The notes beneath the pieces are model-generated. The model ran no database searches. It was not told where the DNA came from and saw nothing but the letters and a program-made list of their open reading frames with translations. The position numbers and the translations under genes are program-made. Below, piece by piece: positions 41,143-50,865 of a stretch of 55,711 bases of DNA (position 1 is its first letter; every line of letters starts with the position of its first letter). This stretch comes from a virus (lineage: Duplodnaviria > Caudoviricetes): positions 1 through 55,711 of the IMG/VR virus record IMGVR_UViG_3300032024_000424. One strand, given 5' to 3'.

Positions 41143-41562
41143 TTGGGAGTGTCGGTCTTGCCCCCCGGAAATGATCTTCTCCGCCAGGGCTCGCAGTGGC
41201 TGGAGCAGATGCGCACGGCGTACTGTTCGAGCCCCGTCATCTACCGCCGGGCCGGTCAGCCCGACGCGCAGGTCAACGCGACGTTCGGCAAGACCGACTA
41301 CGAGGCCGCCGACGAGTCGGGCTTTACGACGGGCGGGCACGTCTGGGACTTTTTGATCCTGGCCGACGAACTATGGCTCGCGTTCGGCGAGCCGGAAGCG
41401 GGTGACACGATCGTGGCCGAGGGCAGGCGGCATGAGGTGCTGGCGCTGGGCAATGACGTGAAGGGGTGGCGGTGGAGCGATCCGTACCGGCGGACCTACC
41501 GCATCCACACCAAGGACATCGGACCCCCGGACCCCCCGGAACCCCCGGACCCCCCGGAATAG
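41143..41562 (+). CDS. Head-tail joining protein
   Basis: Position; DFLI, EPEAGD.I, WRWSD..R.HTK. Start uncertain. Confidence 0.7.
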   Translation: MGVSVLPPGNDLLRQGSQWLEQMRTAYCSSPVIYRRAGQPDAQVNATFGKTDYEAADESGFTTGGHVWDFLILADELWLAFGEPEAGDTIVAEGRRHEVLALGNDVKGWRWSDPYRRTYRIHTKDIGPPDPPEPPDPPE

Positions 41563-41566
41563 ACAC

Positions 41567-41797
41567 ATGAGCAGTGACAGCCAACAGAGCGACCCGATCC
41601 GGCGCCAGTTCGAGGCGATCCACGAGAAGCTCGATCGGCTTGACGTGGCCATTCGGGGGAACGGCAAGCCCGGCATCCTGATCCGCCTGGACCGGCTCGA
41701 GCAGGATGCCAAGCGTCAGAGCCGGTTGATCTGGCTGATCGTCGGCGCGGTCGTCACCGCGCTGGCGTCGGGGATCGCCAACTGGATCGCGGGCTAG
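41567..41797 (+). CDS. Small coiled-coil + TM protein
   Basis: RGNGKPGI..RLDRLE with a C-terminal TM helix. Confidence 0.65.
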   Translation: MSSDSQQSDPIRRQFEAIHEKLDRLDVAIRGNGKPGILIRLDRLEQDAKRQSRLIWLIVGAVVTALASGIANWIAG

Positions 41798-41820
41798 CGA
41801 CCCATTCAATCACACAACAC

Positions 41821-43239
41821 ATGGAGGCAAACATGAAGGATACGAGACGTAAACACGGGTTGTGGAACAGCTGCGCCATCGCCGGCGTGGTAGCGATGAT
41901 CATCGCCCTGCTGCCCAGCGCCCAGGCCCAGACGGTGACGGTCACCGGCGAAGTCAAAGGGCATGCGGATGTAAGCGCGCTGGTCGAGCGTCTCGACGAC
42001 CTGCAATCACAGATCGACGACCTCCGTGAGGCGATCGGAGTCGCCTCGGATGAATCGCCCGCCCCGCCCCCGGAATCCCCGGAACCCGCCCCGGAACCCC
42101 CGGACTCCGACCCCGCAGCCTCGAACACCGGCAAGATCGGTATGAACGCGGGCTTCGTCTGGCGATCCAACTTCACCCATCCCGACCAGCCGGGCGCCCC
42201 CGCCCCCACCCCCGCCCCCGGAATTGGCGTTGGCGACTACTACGACCTGCTCCGGCCGGTCTGCTCGGTCTACCGGCCGATGAATTGGAACAGGATCAAC
42301 GACTTTCGGCCCGAGGTCGATTCAATCGAAGATCCGCACCTGTACGAGGGCAAGACGTGGCGCGACGCGCTGGCCGCGCAGGTCGGGGTGTGCAACGCCG
42401 TCGGCGCATCCGGGGGCACATCCGGGGGCGTATCCGGGGGCGCGGGGTTTTATTTCAACGTCCCGGTGCGAGCGACGCCGGGGTTCGTGCGCGAGGCGGT
42501 CGCGTTCATCCGCACCAACCTGCACGCCCCGGGAAAGATATACATCGCCTACGCCAACGAGGTGTGGTTGCCGGGCCGCTTCCCGTATGACCATCTTAAG
42601 GACGTCTCGGGTGTCGATCCGGGGGCGGGTGACAACGCCTTCTTCGACCTGTGGGCGGAGAAGCTCGACATGACGTTCACCGCCGCGCGCGAGGCGGACC
42701 CCAAGTGCATCCGCGTCGTCGAGACCAAGACGGCGCGCGACGGCACGTGGTTCACCGAGCAGATCGTCAAACGCTTGACGCTCCGGGGGTCGGATTACGA
42801 CGCCGTGGCGGGAACGCTGTACTTCTCGCCGAAGTGGCCAAGCGGCTATTGGGAAACGATGAGCGTGGCTGACGCGTTCGGCGAGGCCCAAAAGGAGTGG
42901 ACAGACGACGACCGTAAGTGGCAGGAGGCGAATATCCGGTGGGCAAAGGACCGGGGCAAGCTGGCGATCGCTTACGAGGCAGGCCAGCACTTCCACGACA
43001 TCAGCATGCGTCCCGCTTTAGTCAAGACGCTGGAGCGATGCCAGACCGACCCGCGCATGGGCGATCTCTACAAGACCGTCTACGGCCACGCCCTGGACGC
43101 CGGCATCGACCTGATTATCGACTTCGACTGGATCGATTGGTCGAACCGGCACGGTTACTGGGGCAAGGCCCCGACGCTCGAGGAGCTGCCCGGATCGATC
43201 AAATACCGAGCCGTGAATGAGATCGCAGTGAGCTATTGA
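41821..43239 (+). CDS. Secreted glycoside-hydrolase-like moron
   Basis: Signal peptide (AQA), Pro-rich linker, YANEVW and AYEAGQH motifs resembling clan GH-A catalytic glutamates. Confidence 0.6.
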   Translation: MEANMKDTRRKHGLWNSCAIAGVVAMIIALLPSAQAQTVTVTGEVKGHADVSALVERLDDLQSQIDDLREAIGVASDESPAPPPESPEPAPEPPDSDPAASNTGKIGMNAGFVWRSNFTHPDQPGAPAPTPAPGIGVGDYYDLLRPVCSVYRPMNWNRINDFRPEVDSIEDPHLYEGKTWRDALAAQVGVCNAVGASGGTSGGVSGGAGFYFNVPVRATPGFVREAVAFIRTNLHAPGKIYIAYANEVWLPGRFPYDHLKDVSGVDPGAGDNAFFDLWAEKLDMTFTAAREADPKCIRVVETKTARDGTWFTEQIVKRLTLRGSDYDAVAGTLYFSPKWPSGYWETMSVADAFGEAQKEWTDDDRKWQEANIRWAKDRGKLAIAYEAGQHFHDISMRPALVKTLERCQTDPRMGDLYKTVYGHALDAGIDLIIDFDWIDWSNRHGYWGKAPTLEELPGSIKYRAVNEIAVSY

Positions 43240-43256
43240 TCGACAGGGAGGCATGG

Positions 43257-43700
43257 ATGTCGCTGGCCTTGGACATCGCGGACGCCGTGGCGGCGGAACT
43301 CAATGCCGCGCCATCGGGCACATTCGATCTCACCTTCACAGCCGAGCGGCGCGTGCTGCCGGTGTTCGACCTGGCGGAGATGGCCGAGCTGCACGTCAGC
43401 GTGGTGCCCCGCGCCGTCGAGATCGCCGGCGCGACCCGATCGATGAGCCAGTACGACGTGCAGATCGACATCGGCGTGCAGCAAAAGCTGGCATCCGGCG
43501 ATGATCTTGATCAGCGGGTGCCTGTGTTGTGCGAGCTGGTTGATCAGATCGTCACCTACCTGATGCGCCGTGTTTTGCAGGCTATTCCGGGGGCCGTTTG
43601 GGTGCGGGCAGCGAACGAGCCCATCTACGCGCCCGAGCACCTGGCGCAGCTGCGCCAGTTCACCAGTGTCCTGACACTCACCTACCGGATCACGAGGTAA
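43257..43700 (+). CDS. Tail terminator-like protein
   Basis: Position; IADAVAAELN...FTSVLTLTYR. Confidence 0.65.
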   Translation: MSLALDIADAVAAELNAAPSGTFDLTFTAERRVLPVFDLAEMAELHVSVVPRAVEIAGATRSMSQYDVQIDIGVQQKLASGDDLDQRVPVLCELVDQIVTYLMRRVLQAIPGAVWVRAANEPIYAPEHLAQLRQFTSVLTLTYRITR

Positions 43701-43703
43701 ACG

Positions 43704-44069
43704 ATGAGCGCCAACCACAGCCAGGTCGTCCGAACGGTCCTGGGTTCCGTCAAATCCGTGGCGTTGAACCAGGCGGACGACCCTGTCACCGTGGTCGCGG
43801 CCGTGCCCGGCAAACGCATCTGCGTGCTGGGTGTTTACGGCACGGTTCCCACGACGATCACCGTGACGTTCTACTCCGGCCCGCCGGCCAACGGCAAGCC
43901 GTTGAGCGGGGCCATCATCGTGAGCAGCTCGATGCCGCTGAAACTGCAGCCGACGGGCCACCCGGACGTCCCCTGGATGGCCACGGACGTGGGTGAGGCG
44001 CTGGTGTTGGACCCGACGATATCCAACGTGCTCAAGGGTGTGCTGATCTTCTGCGAGGCGGACGCATGA
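43704..44069 (+). CDS. Hypothetical virion-associated protein
   Basis: Beta-rich ORF in the tail operon; GAGG RBS. Confidence 0.55.
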   Translation: MSANHSQVVRTVLGSVKSVALNQADDPVTVVAAVPGKRICVLGVYGTVPTTITVTFYSGPPANGKPLSGAIIVSSSMPLKLQPTGHPDVPWMATDVGEALVLDPTISNVLKGVLIFCEADA

Positions 44070-44521
44070 GCCCCGGACATATCCCCGGAGCCCCACGACC
44101 CAAACAGTTCGGCTTCGAGATCACCAAGCTGTTCTTCGATAAGAAAGCGGTGACGAACAAGGTCGACGCCGGCACGCGTCGGGTGCTGTCGAGGTTCGGC
44201 GCGTTCGTCCGCCGCACCGCGCGCAGCAGCATCCGCCCCCGGAAGCGGATCAGCAACCCCGGCGAACCGCCCAGCAGCCACATCGGCCTGCTGAAGAAGT
44301 TCATCTTCTTCGGCTACGACCCCGGTCCCCGGAGTGTTGTCATTGGGCCGGTGCGGCTCAGCCAGAACGGACGCGGCGAAGCGCCCGCCCTGCTGGAACA
44401 CGGAGGCACGGGAAAAGTCGGCAAGCAACGCGCCAAGTACAAGCCCCGCCCGTTCATGGGCCCAGCCTTCCAGAAAGAACTACCCCAATTGCCCGCCATG
44501 TGGCGGAATAGTGTGCGCTAA
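44066..44521 (+). CDS. Tail completion protein (HK97 gp10-like)
   Basis: PGEPP, LEHGG, RPFMGPA. Confidence 0.7.
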   Translation: MSPGHIPGAPRPKQFGFEITKLFFDKKAVTNKVDAGTRRVLSRFGAFVRRTARSSIRPRKRISNPGEPPSSHIGLLKKFIFFGYDPGPRSVVIGPVRLSQNGRGEAPALLEHGGTGKVGKQRAKYKPRPFMGPAFQKELPQLPAMWRNSVR

Positions 44522-44533
44522 GGAGACCTATCA

Positions 44534-44971
44534 ATGTCACAAGAATTCCTGTTGGGCATGAACGCCAAGATCTACCAGGGGCCGACGGGCACCGCGCTCG
44601 CCACCCTGACCGAGATGGACAACGTCAAGGACGTGACATTGAACCTCGAAGCGGGTGAGGCGGACGTGACCACCCGCGCCAACCAGGGCTGGCGGGCCAC
44701 CGCGCCGACCCTGCGCGAATGCACGGTCGAGTTCGAGATGCTCTGGAAGCCCGGCGACGCCGGCTTCGACGCCATCAAGACCGCGTTCCTGACCTCGGCC
44801 ACGCTCCGCCTGGCCGTACTCACCGGCGACAGCACCGCGTCGGGCACCGAAGGCCCGATGGGCGACTTCAGCATCACCAACTTCAGCCGCAACGAGCCGC
44901 TCGAGGAAGGTGTGACCGTCAGCGTCACCGCCAAACTTGCGGTGTTCGATTCGTGGGTGGAAGTGGCGTGA
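44534..44971 (+). CDS. Major tail tube protein
   Basis: ADVTTR..GW, FSRNEPLEE; position before the chaperone gene. Confidence 0.75.
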   Translation: MSQEFLLGMNAKIYQGPTGTALATLTEMDNVKDVTLNLEAGEADVTTRANQGWRATAPTLRECTVEFEMLWKPGDAGFDAIKTAFLTSATLRLAVLTGDSTASGTEGPMGDFSITNFSRNEPLEEGVTVSVTAKLAVFDSWVEVA

Positions 44972-45036
44972 TAGCCGTTAGCCATTAGCCATTAGCCAGA
45001 TCCGATCCCCAATCCCCAACCCCGAACCCCCAATCA
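44972..45036. repeat. Tandem heptamer repeats (TTAGCCA, CCCCAAT-like)
   Basis: Read directly from the sequence. Confidence 0.7.
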
Positions 45037-45038
45037 CT

Positions 45039-45518
45039 ATGAAAACCTTCACCGACGCCGCCGGCCGCACCTGGTCGTTGACACTCAACCTCGGCACCGC
45101 GATGGCCGTCAAAGCCAAGCTGGGTGTGGACCTGCTCCAACCCGAAGCGGGCGACCCGCCCTTGCTGACACGGCTCGGCACGGATGAGATGTTGCTGGGT
45201 GAGGTGCTCTGCGCCATGCTCGAAGGGCAGTTCGAGACGCACAAGGTCACCGACGCCGACGTGCGGAACAGTTTTGACGGGCAGACATTGCTGGCGGCGC
45301 AGAAGGCGTTCTATGAGGAACTCATTGATTTTTTCCGGGGGCGCGGCCGCAACGACCGGGCCAAGGCGGTCGCCAAGCAGATGGCCATGATCGACGCGGC
45401 GGTCACCGCGATCGAGACGAAACTCGATCAGATCAGTGTGGAGCAGATGATCGCTGGCGCGATGTCTGGCGCATCGCAGGATCACTCGGACTTGGGCCCA
45501 GCGGACTTGGACGGCTGA
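45039..45518 (+). CDS. Tail assembly chaperone (gpG-like)
   Basis: Follows the tail tube gene; EELIDFF with slippery TTTTTTC. Confidence 0.75.
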   Translation: MKTFTDAAGRTWSLTLNLGTAMAVKAKLGVDLLQPEAGDPPLLTRLGTDEMLLGEVLCAMLEGQFETHKVTDADVRNSFDGQTLLAAQKAFYEELIDFFRGRGRNDRAKAVAKQMAMIDAAVTAIETKLDQISVEQMIAGAMSGASQDHSDLGPADLDG

Positions 45519-45751
45519 CACTGCGCCAACTGCTGTGGATGGCGGAGGGCTTAGGCAGAGAGCGTTGGGCCCACACTTCGCTGATCTGTGCCCTGATCGC
45601 CAATAGCAACCGCGACCCGAAGAAGCACCGGCCGTTCAAGCCGTCGGATTTCGACCCTTACGCACGCACCGATCGACGATCACGGAAGGTCGCCGAGAAA
45701 GAGTCGCTACAGGTTCTTAGAGAGGCCCTCGAAGCCCGCCCCCGGAAGTAG
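45335..45751 (+). CDS. gpT-like -1 frameshift extension
   Basis: -1 frame open from the slippery site through LTLRQLLWMAEG...RDPKK..F.P.DF.P. Confidence 0.65.
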   Translation, partial: PGARPQRPGQGGRQADGHDRRGGHRDRDETRSDQCGADDRWRDVWRIAGSLGLGPSGLGRLTLRQLLWMAEGLGRERWAHTSLICALIANSNRDPKKHRPFKPSDFDPYARTDRRSRKVAEKESLQVLREALEARPRK

Positions 45752-45805
45752 CCCGGAAGTAACCCCGGAAATAACCCCGCAACCCCTAACTGAAAGGCAA
45801 CTGGC

Positions 45806-46180
45806 ATGGACGTCTCCGCCATCCTCGAATCGTTGAGCGACCTCTTCAACTCCGCCTTCGGCTTCGCCGTCATCTGGGCGGCGCTGGTCGGGCTGTTCTT
45901 CTGGCTGTCGAGCAAGTTCAACCCCTTCCAGGAGAAGTGGAAAGAGTGGGAAGGCTCGATCATCACCGGCATTCGTCTGGCAGAGAAGGAGATTCCCGAC
46001 GACACGCCCAACGCGGGGCTGGCCAAGCTCGACGCGGCACTACGCTTCGTGATTCGAGCCTATGCGGACGCCAACAACGGCAAGCAGCCGCCCGCGAAGG
46101 TCATCGAGCAGATCAAGCAAGGCATCCAGATCAAGCACGCCGACCTCGACCGCTTCGGCGGGCTGTCCAGCAAGTCCTGA
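45806..46180 (+). CDS. Membrane protein (holin-like?)
   Basis: N-terminal TM; ..AEK.....G.AKLD.A pattern. Confidence 0.55.
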   Translation: MDVSAILESLSDLFNSAFGFAVIWAALVGLFFWLSSKFNPFQEKWKEWEGSIITGIRLAEKEIPDDTPNAGLAKLDAALRFVIRAYADANNGKQPPAKVIEQIKQGIQIKHADLDRFGGLSSKS

Positions 46181-46226
46181 CCCCCGGAATTCGATCTCTC
46201 TCAACCCCCACGAAAGAGGACCGCAC

Positions 46227-46562
46227 ATGAAGACCGCTCAAACCCTACTGATCTTGATCATGCTGCTGGCGACTGTCTCCGCCGCCGGCTGCGCCGCCAC
46301 CCCGGAAGATCGGTGGTATCAGCAGCGCGAAGCGCTGAACACCGCCAACCGCATCTACCTGGCCCACGTGCCGAGGATGAGCGACGAGCAGATCCTCCAC
46401 TACGGCGAACTGCTGCAGACCGCCCGGGCCCAACTGGATGAAGCTCATACCCACCTGCCGGAGGGCGGGTCATCATTCGATACCACGCTCGACCTCGTCG
46501 AGTCGATCCTGATCCGCATCACCACGCAGGCGGATGCCGACATCGCGGACACAGCGAATTAA
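46227..46562 (+). CDS. Putative lipoprotein
   Basis: MK + hydrophobic stretch + AAGC lipobox; GAGGA RBS. Confidence 0.65.
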   Translation: MKTAQTLLILIMLLATVSAAGCAATPEDRWYQQREALNTANRIYLAHVPRMSDEQILHYGELLQTARAQLDEAHTHLPEGGSSFDTTLDLVESILIRITTQADADIADTAN

Positions 46563-46595
46563 GCAGTACCAGCCACCAGCCACAGGAACCCCTCC

Positions 46596-46826
46596 ATGAC
46601 CGCCCCTGAAATCCTCGCCCTGATCCAGTCCGCCCGCGCCCTGCTCGACCTGGGCCTGTCCCAGTACCGGCTCGCGGAGCAGGCCGGCCGGCTCACCGAC
46701 CAGCAGAAGGCCGCCATCCTCGCCGCGGCGCAGCTCACCGACGGCCAGGTCGACAACGCCGTTGAAGCCGCGCGGCAGCGCCTCGCCAATGCGCCAACAT
46801 CGAGTTCCAGAACCTCCGGGGGCTGA
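46596..46826 (+). CDS. Hypothetical protein
   Basis: AGGA RBS; in the operon. Confidence 0.55.
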   Translation: MTAPEILALIQSARALLDLGLSQYRLAEQAGRLTDQQKAAILAAAQLTDGQVDNAVEAARQRLANAPTSSSRTSGG

Positions 46827-46829
46827 CCC

Positions 46830-49064
46830 ATGGCATCCACACGGGGCATCCGAGCCGGGCGCGCCTTCGTCGAGCTGTTCGCCGACGACAGCCGGCTCGT
46901 GCGCGGCCTGCGCCGGGCCGAGAAAAAGCTCAAGGCATTCGGCGCCTCGGTGCGTAACCTGGGCCTGAAGGTCACGGCCCTGGGCGCGGCGGCGGCCGCG
47001 CCTTTTGTGCTTAGCGCCCGGACCTTCGCCGGCTTCGAGCAGCAGATGGCAAGGGTGCGGGCGTTGACCGGGGCCTCGGAAAAGGACTTTCAGCGCCTAA
47101 GCGACGCGGCGAAGAGGCTCGGCGAGACCACCGTCTTCTCCGCGTCGCAGGCGGCCGAGGCCATGAGCTTCTTCGCCCTGGCCGGGTTCGGGGTCGACCA
47201 GATCCTGGGCGCGATCGGCCCGGCGCTGGACCTGGCCGCCGCCGGGCAGATCGAGATCGCCCAGGCCGCCGACATCGCCGCCAAGATCATGGCCGGCATG
47301 GGCCTAAGCGCCGGGGAACTGGGCCGGGCGGTGGACGTGCTCACCAAGGCGATGACCACGGCGAACACGGACCTGGGCCAGCTCGGCGACGCGATGAAGT
47401 TCGTCGGGCCCGTGGCCAAGAGCGCCGGGCGCGGCCTGGAAGAGATTGTCGCGGCGATCCAGCTCCTATCCAACGCCGGCATCCAGGGCGAGATGGCCGG
47501 CACGACCCTGCGCGGCGTGTTGTTGACGCTGACCAGCCCGAGCAAGGAGGCCGCCGACGAGTTGGCTCGCCTGGGCGTGCGGGTGCTGGACGCCCAAGGC
47601 GACGTGCGCAGTCTGGCCGACATCATCGATGATGTGAATCGGGGCCTGGCGGGCCTGGGCGGCGGCGAGCGGCTCGGGGCGATCGGCCGCATCTTCGACG
47701 CCCGCCAGGCGGCGGGCTTCGCCGAGCTGCTGGCCCAGGGCGGCGACCGTCTCCGCGAGTTCACCGCCGCGCTGGGCGACTCCCAGGGCGTGGCGCAGAA
47801 GATCGCCGACATCCAGTTGGACACGCTGACCGGTGACGTGACCATCCTCCGCAGCGCCCTGGAGGGCCTGCGGATCGCTATCGGCGAGGCGCTGGTCGAA
47901 TCCTTGCGTAAGACCACGCGGATCATCACGCGCGCGGTGGGAGGGATCGCCCAATGGGCGCGGCAGAACCAGCAGGTCGTGGTCAGCGCCGCCAAGATCG
48001 TCGCGCTCGTGCTGGCCGGCGGCGCGGCGCTGGTTGTGCTGGGCACGTTGATCTCTGGGTTAGGCGCGGTCTTGGGCGGGCTGGCGACGATCCTCGCCAC
48101 GGCGGGCGCGGCGCTGGGCGTGATGGGCACAGCACTTGGGGCGCTGCTGTCGCCCGTCGGCCTGGTGGTGGCGGCGATCGTCGCGCTGGGCACGACGTTG
48201 CTGACCATGTCGGGCGCGGCGAGCGAGGGGTTGGACTTACTGACCGATCGGATCAAGTCGCTGGCCGCGCCGGTGCTCGAGACGCTGGGCGTGATCGCCG
48301 ACGCGGTCATGGCCGGCGAGATCGACGCGGCGTTCGAGGTGCTGTGGGCGTCGGTGAAGCTGATCTGGCAGAAGGGCCTGAGCACGCTGACCGGCGCGTG
48401 GCTGGACTTCAAGACCGGGTTCCTCAAGCTCGCCTCGGACGCCTTCTTCGGCATGGTCAAAATCGCCGTCAACGCCCTGGACGCCGTGCGCTCGGCCTTC
48501 ACAATCGCCACGGGGTTCCTGGCCAAACAGTTCCTGAAGCTGCAGGGTCTGTTCGACGAAACGCTGGACGTGCAGGGCGCGATCGATCTGGTGGACCAGG
48601 AAACGCAAGGCAGACTGGCATCGATCGGCGAGAAGAACCTCAAATCGATCGCGGACATTGAATCCACGACCGAGGCGGCGCGGGCGTTGCTGGATTCCGA
48701 GGCCGAGGCGAACAGGGCCGAGTCGGAGGCCGAGCTGGCAAAGGCGCGGGCGGCGTTTGACAAGGCCGTCGCAGACGCTCGTGCGGCCTCGGTGGGCGGG
48801 CCCGACAGCGAAGGCTCCGGGGGTGGAGGCGTGGCGGACAGGATCAGGCAACTGATCGATTCATTGGGTTCCGCTGACAGCGGGGTCGGTCAGCAACTGC
48901 GTAACGCCGCCGCCGTGCGGGGCACGTTCAACGCCGCCGCGATCCAGGGCCTGATGACCGACGGCGGCGTCGCCGAGCGCACCGCCAAGGCCACGGAGGA
49001 CACGGCGCGGAATACCAAGCGGATCGAACGCGCCATCAACGACAACGCGATCGCGTTCGCGTGA
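46830..49064 (+). CDS. Tail tape measure protein (TP901 family)
   Basis: FEQQMARVRA, TVFSASQAAEA, AGIQGEMAGT.LR, L.GD...L.SA. Confidence 0.93.
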   Translation: MASTRGIRAGRAFVELFADDSRLVRGLRRAEKKLKAFGASVRNLGLKVTALGAAAAAPFVLSARTFAGFEQQMARVRALTGASEKDFQRLSDAAKRLGETTVFSASQAAEAMSFFALAGFGVDQILGAIGPALDLAAAGQIEIAQAADIAAKIMAGMGLSAGELGRAVDVLTKAMTTANTDLGQLGDAMKFVGPVAKSAGRGLEEIVAAIQLLSNAGIQGEMAGTTLRGVLLTLTSPSKEAADELARLGVRVLDAQGDVRSLADIIDDVNRGLAGLGGGERLGAIGRIFDARQAAGFAELLAQGGDRLREFTAALGDSQGVAQKIADIQLDTLTGDVTILRSALEGLRIAIGEALVESLRKTTRIITRAVGGIAQWARQNQQVVVSAAKIVALVLAGGAALVVLGTLISGLGAVLGGLATILATAGAALGVMGTALGALLSPVGLVVAAIVALGTTLLTMSGAASEGLDLLTDRIKSLAAPVLETLGVIADAVMAGEIDAAFEVLWASVKLIWQKGLSTLTGAWLDFKTGFLKLASDAFFGMVKIAVNALDAVRSAFTIATGFLAKQFLKLQGLFDETLDVQGAIDLVDQETQGRLASIGEKNLKSIADIESTTEAARALLDSEAEANRAESEAELAKARAAFDKAVADARAASVGGPDSEGSGGGGVADRIRQLIDSLGSADSGVGQQLRNAAAVRGTFNAAAIQGLMTDGGVAERTAKATEDTARNTKRIERAINDNAIAFA

Positions 49065-49138
49065 GGAAAAGCAGGAAAGCAGGAAAGCAGGAAATCCGAT
49101 CCCCAACCCCCAATCCCTAACCCCTAATCCCCACCCCC
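49065..49138. repeat. (GGAAAGCA)n plus CCCCAAT/CCCTAAC heptamer repeats
   Basis: Read directly; shares ATCCGATCCCCAA with the repeat near 45000. Confidence 0.7.
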
Positions 49139-49936
49139 ATGCCCACCGTTGAGGAAAAGTTCGGCCGCGTGCTCTCCGATGACTCGGCGGAGATCACCTA
49201 CGTCATCCGCGACTCCCTGACCGACGTGGATGCGCGGGCCCAACTGCTGACCGCCTCGCCGACCACCAACAACGCCCTGTTGCGCAGCGACGTGCAGGTC
49301 GAGGAACTCCACGAGGGCATCTGGCTGGGCACGGTGCGTTACGCGCCCTCGGCATCGAACCCGCCGCAGGCTGGCGAGTCCAGCTTCGCCTTCGAGACGC
49401 GCGGCGGCACGCAGCACATCACCCAGTCGCTGGCCACGGTGTCGAGTCACAAATCACCCGACCTTCCGGGGGCGGCTGCGCCCAACTTCGACGGGGCGAT
49501 CGGCGTAACCGAGGACAACGTCGAGGGCGTGGACATCACCGTGCCGGTCTACACGTTCAGCGAGACGCACTTCTTCAGCCCGTCGTTCGTGGGCGCGGCG
49601 TACAAGAACACCCTGTTCGGGCTCACCGGCCGGGTGAATGATGCGCCGTTCAAGGGCCTGGCAGCGGGCGAGTGCCTGTTCCTGGGCGCGGCCGGCACCC
49701 AGCGCGGGGACAGTCCCTGGGAAATCAGCTTCGCGTTCGCCGGCTCGCCCAATGTCACCGGACTGTCCGTCGGTTCGATCGTGGGCATCGAGAAGAAGGG
49801 CTGGGAATACCTTTGGATTAGATACCAGGCCGCCGAGGACGCGACCGCCAGGATGCTGATCCGTAAGCCCATGGCCGCTTATGTCGAGCGCGTCTACCGC
49901 GAGGGCAGCTTTGGTTCTCTGGGTATTGGCACATGA
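49139..49936 (+). CDS. Tail protein (distal tail/hub position)
   Basis: Directly after the tape measure; ECLFLGA, KKGWEYLW. Confidence 0.7.
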   Translation: MPTVEEKFGRVLSDDSAEITYVIRDSLTDVDARAQLLTASPTTNNALLRSDVQVEELHEGIWLGTVRYAPSASNPPQAGESSFAFETRGGTQHITQSLATVSSHKSPDLPGAAAPNFDGAIGVTEDNVEGVDITVPVYTFSETHFFSPSFVGAAYKNTLFGLTGRVNDAPFKGLAAGECLFLGAAGTQRGDSPWEISFAFAGSPNVTGLSVGSIVGIEKKGWEYLWIRYQAAEDATARMLIRKPMAAYVERVYREGSFGSLGIGT

Positions 49937-50865
49937 ATCTTAAGCACGTCCAATCCGGCCAGCCGCTGCGCATTCCGGCGGGCGATTGGAACGCGACCAT
50001 CGACGCCACGCGCGCGTTCTACGAGCGCCAGACGAACGTGGCATCCAACAAGCCGGCCGGTTTGGGTGGCCAGTCAACCGGCATCGTCTACGTCAAGAAC
50101 ACCTCCGGTGCCGATCAGGACCGGTTCGCGGTGCTGGGCATCGACACGCCGATCATCCTGCCAGATGAATCATCCGGTGGACACGAAGAGGAATTCAAAC
50201 GCCAGGTCGCGCTGTCATGCGTGGTGCCGATCGTGCCTACACATTCAGGCCGATTCGTGATTCTCACTGAACCCCTGGCCGACGGGGCCATCGGCCGTGC
50301 CTATATCGATGGTGTGTGCGTGGTTCGTCTGCGCGTGCCGAACAATCTCAACACGGGCATGCAGGCCAACATTGTTGACGGTGACAGCACCGTGCTTGAA
50401 CTGAAGGCGGGCAATTCCGGGGCGCAGGTGATCTGGCGCGAGGAGGTAACCACATCGCCCGGCGAGTGCTGGGCGATCGTGCGGCTAGGTCCCGCCACCC
50501 GGGACGGCTACTGGGCACGCATCTACGGCAGCGCCGATCAGTCCGGCCACGTCTGGCACTACGGCTTCGACGAGGTCGCCTACGACGGCACGGACTGGGC
50601 AGCCGTGCCCGGGGGCCGCTACGGCGACTCGATCGACCCCAACACCCACGCGCTCAACACCGCTGAGGCGGGCAACGCACCCACAGGCGTTCAGGGCAAC
50701 GGCGTCAACGTGGACAACCTCAACCCGGGATTATCCATCCAGCCCGCGCCGGACAACGTCGTGGTCTGGATGCGGGATGAACCCATTGGAGGAACCACCC
50801 CCGGAATCCCGCCTGTCCGGGCCACCTTCTTCTACCTCAACGGCGTGGACGGGACCTGCATCTGA
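49933..50865 (+). CDS. Tail tip protein
   Basis: V..GQPLRIPA..WN, WAIVRLG; coupled to both neighbours. Confidence 0.65.
   Translation: MNLKHVQSGQPLRIPAGDWNATIDATRAFYERQTNVASNKPAGLGGQSTGIVYVKNTSGADQDRFAVLGIDTPIILPDESSGGHEEEFKRQVALSCVVPIVPTHSGRFVILTEPLADGAIGRAYIDGVCVVRLRVPNNLNTGMQANIVDGDSTVLELKAGNSGAQVIWREEVTTSPGECWAIVRLGPATRDGYWARIYGSADQSGHVWHYGFDEVAYDGTDWAAVPGGRYGDSIDPNTHALNTAEAGNAPTGVQGNGVNVDNLNPGLSIQPAPDNVVVWMRDEPIGGTTPGIPPVRATFFYLNGVDGTCI

Noticed and set aside
46198-46218. Contiguous near-match to concatenated array 1 dinucleotides (CAACCCCCACGAA)
   Set aside because: Short, needs an indel, and is weaker than the gapped in-frame match at 18053.
47090-48763. 557-aa minus-strand ORF and similar long shadow ORFs (7893-9167, 8759-9979, 39191-40372)
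   Set aside because: High-GC antisense artefacts over well-supported genes.
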